From Myxococcota bacterium (lineage in GTDB: Bacteria; Myxococcota_A; Polyangia; Polyangiales; Sandaracinaceae), in NCBI GenBank assembly GCA_036149055.1, contig JAYZQJ010000137.1, positions 63,862 through 127,861 of the forward strand: a stretch of 64,000 bases of DNA, written 5' to 3'. The notes beneath the pieces were generated by a model. It was not told the origin of the DNA. It did no database searches and was given only the letters and a program-made list of their open reading frames with translations. Every line of letters starts with the position of its first letter. Positions within the stretch are counted from its first letter, which is position 1. Shown here piece by piece: positions 60,026 through 64,000 of this stretch. Made by a program: the position numbers and the translations under genes.

Positions 60026-60971
60026 CGCAGACGAGCTGCACCTTGCGCACGCCGCGCTCGGCCGCCTTCTCGAGCGCCCGCACGCCGTCGGCCAGCGCGA
60101 AGCTGTCCTCGATGAGCGGCGTCGGATCGATGCGCCCCTCGGCGAGCGCGCGCAGCGCGGGCGGGAAGGGGCCGCAGCGCGAGCCGACGACGGTGATCTC
60201 GTCGATGACCAGCGGCGCCGCGTCCAGCTCGAGCTTGCCGTGGTAGGTGCTCTTCAGGACGAGCGTGCCGCGCGGGCGGAGCAGGCTCCGGGCGCGCTCG
60301 AACCCGGGGGCGGAGCCGGTCGCCTCCACCACCACGTCGAAGTCGCCGTCGATCGCGTCGTCGGCCAGCGCGGTCCGGAGGCCCAGCGGCGCGAGGCGCT
60401 CGAGCTTGTGGGCGTGCCGTCCGACCACGACCACCTCGGCGCCGGTCTGCTGGAGCACCATCGCGATCAGCGAGCCGAGCTTGCCGTCCCCGAGGATCGC
60501 CACCCGGTCGTCGGGCGCGATCCGGATCTGCTCGAGGATCTCGTAGGCCGCGGCGAGCGGCTCGGCGAAGACGGCGAGCGCGTCGGAGAGCCCGTCGGGC
60601 ACCCGGTGCAGGTTGCGGAGCGGGAGGGTGACGTACTCGGCGAAGCAGCCGTCCTTGCCGAGGATGCCGAGCACGGTGCGCGACGCGCAGTGCCGCCCGA
60701 GGCCGGCGAGGCAGCGCTCACAGCGCGCGCACGAGAGGTTGATCTCGCCGGTCACCCGCGCGCCCATCCAGCCGGCGTCGGTCGCGCCGACCACCTCGCC
60801 GACGAGCTCGTGGCCCAGGGTCCCCTCGAACCCCATGTAGCCCTTCACGATCTCGAGATCGGTCGAGCAGACGCCCGCGCGCCTCACGCGGATCAGCGCC
60901 TCTTCCGCCTGGGGCTCGGGCACGTCGACGTCCGTCACCTCCGGCGCGCCGAAGAATCGAAGGGCCTTCAT
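60018..60971 (-). CDS. Zinc-dependent medium-chain alcohol dehydrogenase family protein
   Basis: CSTD, GHE, CxxCxxC...C structural Zn site, EPLAAA, GDGKLG. Confidence 0.93.
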   Translation of the reverse strand: MKALRFFGAPEVTDVDVPEPQAEEALIRVRRAGVCSTDLEIVKGYMGFEGTLGHELVGEVVGATDAGWMGARVTGEINLSCARCERCLAGLGRHCASRTVLGILGKDGCFAEYVTLPLRNLHRVPDGLSDALAVFAEPLAAAYEILEQIRIAPDDRVAILGDGKLGSLIAMVLQQTGAEVVVVGRHAHKLERLAPLGLRTALADDAIDGDFDVVVEATGSAPGFERARSLLRPRGTLVLKSTYHGKLELDAAPLVIDEITVVGSRCGPFPPALRALAEGRIDPTPLIEDSFALADGVRALEKAAERGVRKVQLVCDG

Positions 60972-60983
60972 GGCGCGAGCATA

Positions 60984-62240
60984 TCAATGGGAGGGCAGCG
61001 GGTCGGCGTCGCGGTGCCCGAGCAGGAGCCCGTAGAGGATCTCGGCCGGGTCCTCGAGGTGCTCGGTGCTCATCTCCAGGTGGAGGTGCGCCGCGCTCCG
61101 ACGCATGCCGGTGCGCCCCACGCTGCCGAGGCGCGCCCCTCGCTCGACCCGGTCCCCGTAGGTGACGTCGACCTGCTCGAGGTGCATGTAGCAGTGCCGC
61201 ACCGAGTGCAGCTCCTCGCGCTGGGTCCGGACGCAGACGTAGCGTCCGCCGGCGCCGAGCGCGTCGTCGTCGATCGCCTCGTACTCGCTCTGGGTCCGGA
61301 GCTGACGGTGGTTCTGACCGCCGGGCAGGTCGACGCCCGCGAAGACGACGAGGCCGCCCGCGATCGCGCGCACCGGCTCGCCGGGCAGGCTCTCGAGGTC
61401 GACGCCGCGGTGGTGTCGGGCCCCGTCGTCGCGCTCGCTCCCGATCCAGCTCGAGATCACCCGCGGGCAGCCGTCGAGGGGGCAGCCGAAGGTGACCCCG
61501 CCCCAGCGGACCGGCCGCGCCCCGTCGTGCGCGCCGTAGTACTCGAGGATCCGGCGCCGCTCGAGCAGGATGCGGTCCTCCTGACGGTCGCTCCGCACCC
61601 GGTCGCCCCACAGCCAGTGCGAGACGTAGTGGCGGTGAGGCGCCTGCTCGAACTCCGCGTCCACGGTCTCGTGCTGGACCTTCCACAGGTGGAGCAGCGC
61701 GGCCGCGAAGTAGAGGTTGGGCTCGGGCGAGCCGAGGCGCGGGCCGTTGAACGGGAAGGCGTCGACCGTCTCCTCGCGCTCGACCCAGCGATCGTCCTCG
61801 CGCACCCGGTAACGCAGGGTGCCGCGGCGGAGGTTCTCCCAGTACATCGAGGTGTCGATCAGGGTGAGGCCCACGCCCGAGCCGCGGTCGCCCCCCTCCG
61901 CGTCGGCCCGGCAGCGCCCCTCGCGGTAGGCGAGGGCGGCGAGCAGGAAGGGGTCGACGTCGAAGGTGGCCGCGTGCTCGAGGATCCAGCCGGCGTAGCG
62001 CTCGGAGCGCCGGGGCGGCATCCAGTCGCAGATCTCGCGCAGCGCCGCCGCGAGCCGCTCCGGGTCGACCTGCGCCGGGCTCTCGGGCTCGGGCGGCCAG
62101 TCGGCGATGGCGACCCGGGCCTGCGCGATGCGGTTCGGGCGCGGCATCGGCCGGCGGCGCGGGTACCAGGGCGGCCGATCGTTCCCCATGAGCAGGAGGC
62201 TCAGGGACATCAAGACGAGGACCGACCACCGGGCGCGCAT
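60984..62240 (-). CDS. Secreted protein: lytic transglycosylase (SLT)-like domain + M23 peptidase
   Basis: VDPFLLAALAYRE, G.GLTLI, P..NL..AA..L. M23 HRGVD, YMHL, HLH. Start ATG 62240. Confidence 0.85.
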   Translation of the reverse strand: MRARWSVLVLMSLSLLLMGNDRPPWYPRRRPMPRPNRIAQARVAIADWPPEPESPAQVDPERLAAALREICDWMPPRRSERYAGWILEHAATFDVDPFLLAALAYREGRCRADAEGGDRGSGVGLTLIDTSMYWENLRRGTLRYRVREDDRWVEREETVDAFPFNGPRLGSPEPNLYFAAALLHLWKVQHETVDAEFEQAPHRHYVSHWLWGDRVRSDRQEDRILLERRRILEYYGAHDGARPVRWGGVTFGCPLDGCPRVISSWIGSERDDGARHHRGVDLESLPGEPVRAIAGGLVVFAGVDLPGGQNHRQLRTQSEYEAIDDDALGAGGRYVCVRTQREELHSVRHCYMHLEQVDVTYGDRVERGARLGSVGRTGMRRSAAHLHLEMSTEHLEDPAEILYGLLLGHRDADPLPSH

Positions 62241-62297
62241 CGAACGGTCACGATGAGGCCACCCCACGCGGGCGGTCAAGAACGCGGCCCGGCGGCG

Positions 62298-62326
62298 TTG
62301 ACGGTGGCCGGCCGCGGCGGTACTTC
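62298..62326 (+). promoter_or_regulatory. Possible sigma70 promoter of purH
   Basis: TTGACG-N17-TACTTC, then GGAGG SD before the GTG. Confidence 0.45.
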
Positions 62327-62355
62327 GACTCCGACTCGGACCCCGGAGGACTCGC

Positions 62356-63915
<1,560 letters not shown>

Positions 63916-63921
63916 TTTTTT

Positions 63922-63944
63922 GGGAGGGGCTTTCAGCCCCTCCC
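63922..63944. terminator. GC-rich hairpin after purH, preceded by a T-run (terminator-like or start of a repeat element)
   Basis: GGGAGGGGCT-TTC-AGCCCCTCCC, a perfect 10-bp stem. Confidence 0.55.
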
Positions 63945-64000
63945 CCCCGCGGAGCCGGCTGACCTGTCTCCGCTCCGGGTGCTCCGCACCCTCCGCAGAG

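Noticed and set aside
62241..62355. ZTP (pfl) or purine riboswitch upstream of purH
   Set aside because: The candidate promoter leaves only about 25 nt of leader, and I see no recognisable aptamer; a covariance-model scan would be decisive.

Overview
A very GC-rich bacterial chromosome segment. Gene content points to a myxobacterium, probably Polyangiales/Sandaracinaceae (inference from a MYXO-CTERM-like tail, Cys-rich repeat lipoproteins, Ser/Thr kinases and a kinase-fused sigma-54 activator). I can support about 60 CDS. Housekeeping genes include pyrD, corA, folA-thyA, pgi, tyrA, dapA-dapB, queA-tgt and purH. They are interleaved with envelope and signalling modules: a protein with 23 copies of a 43-aa Cys-rich repeat; a VWA/ECF-sigma/anti-sigma/TPR operon; a giant kinase-NTPase-TPR-GAF-sigma54 activator facing a sigma54 promoter with phased 10-bp repeats; a zinc-ribbon/kinase/beta-propeller operon converging on an apparent PP2C pseudophosphatase; an orphan Flp pilin beside a PSI-repeat lipoprotein; and two peptidoglycan-binding paralogues, each with its own sigma54 promoter. 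Features not in the ORF track include a 31-aa sigma54-driven membrane peptide, many -10 boxes 6-9 nt before start codons (leaderless signature, including back-to-back bidirectional promoters), and REP-like (CCCGTG)n/hairpin elements. I found no rRNA, tRNA, CRISPR array, transposase or prophage. Most long ORFs in the track are antisense or off-frame shadows caused by high GC. All family assignments are from motif recognition by eye; no database search was run.
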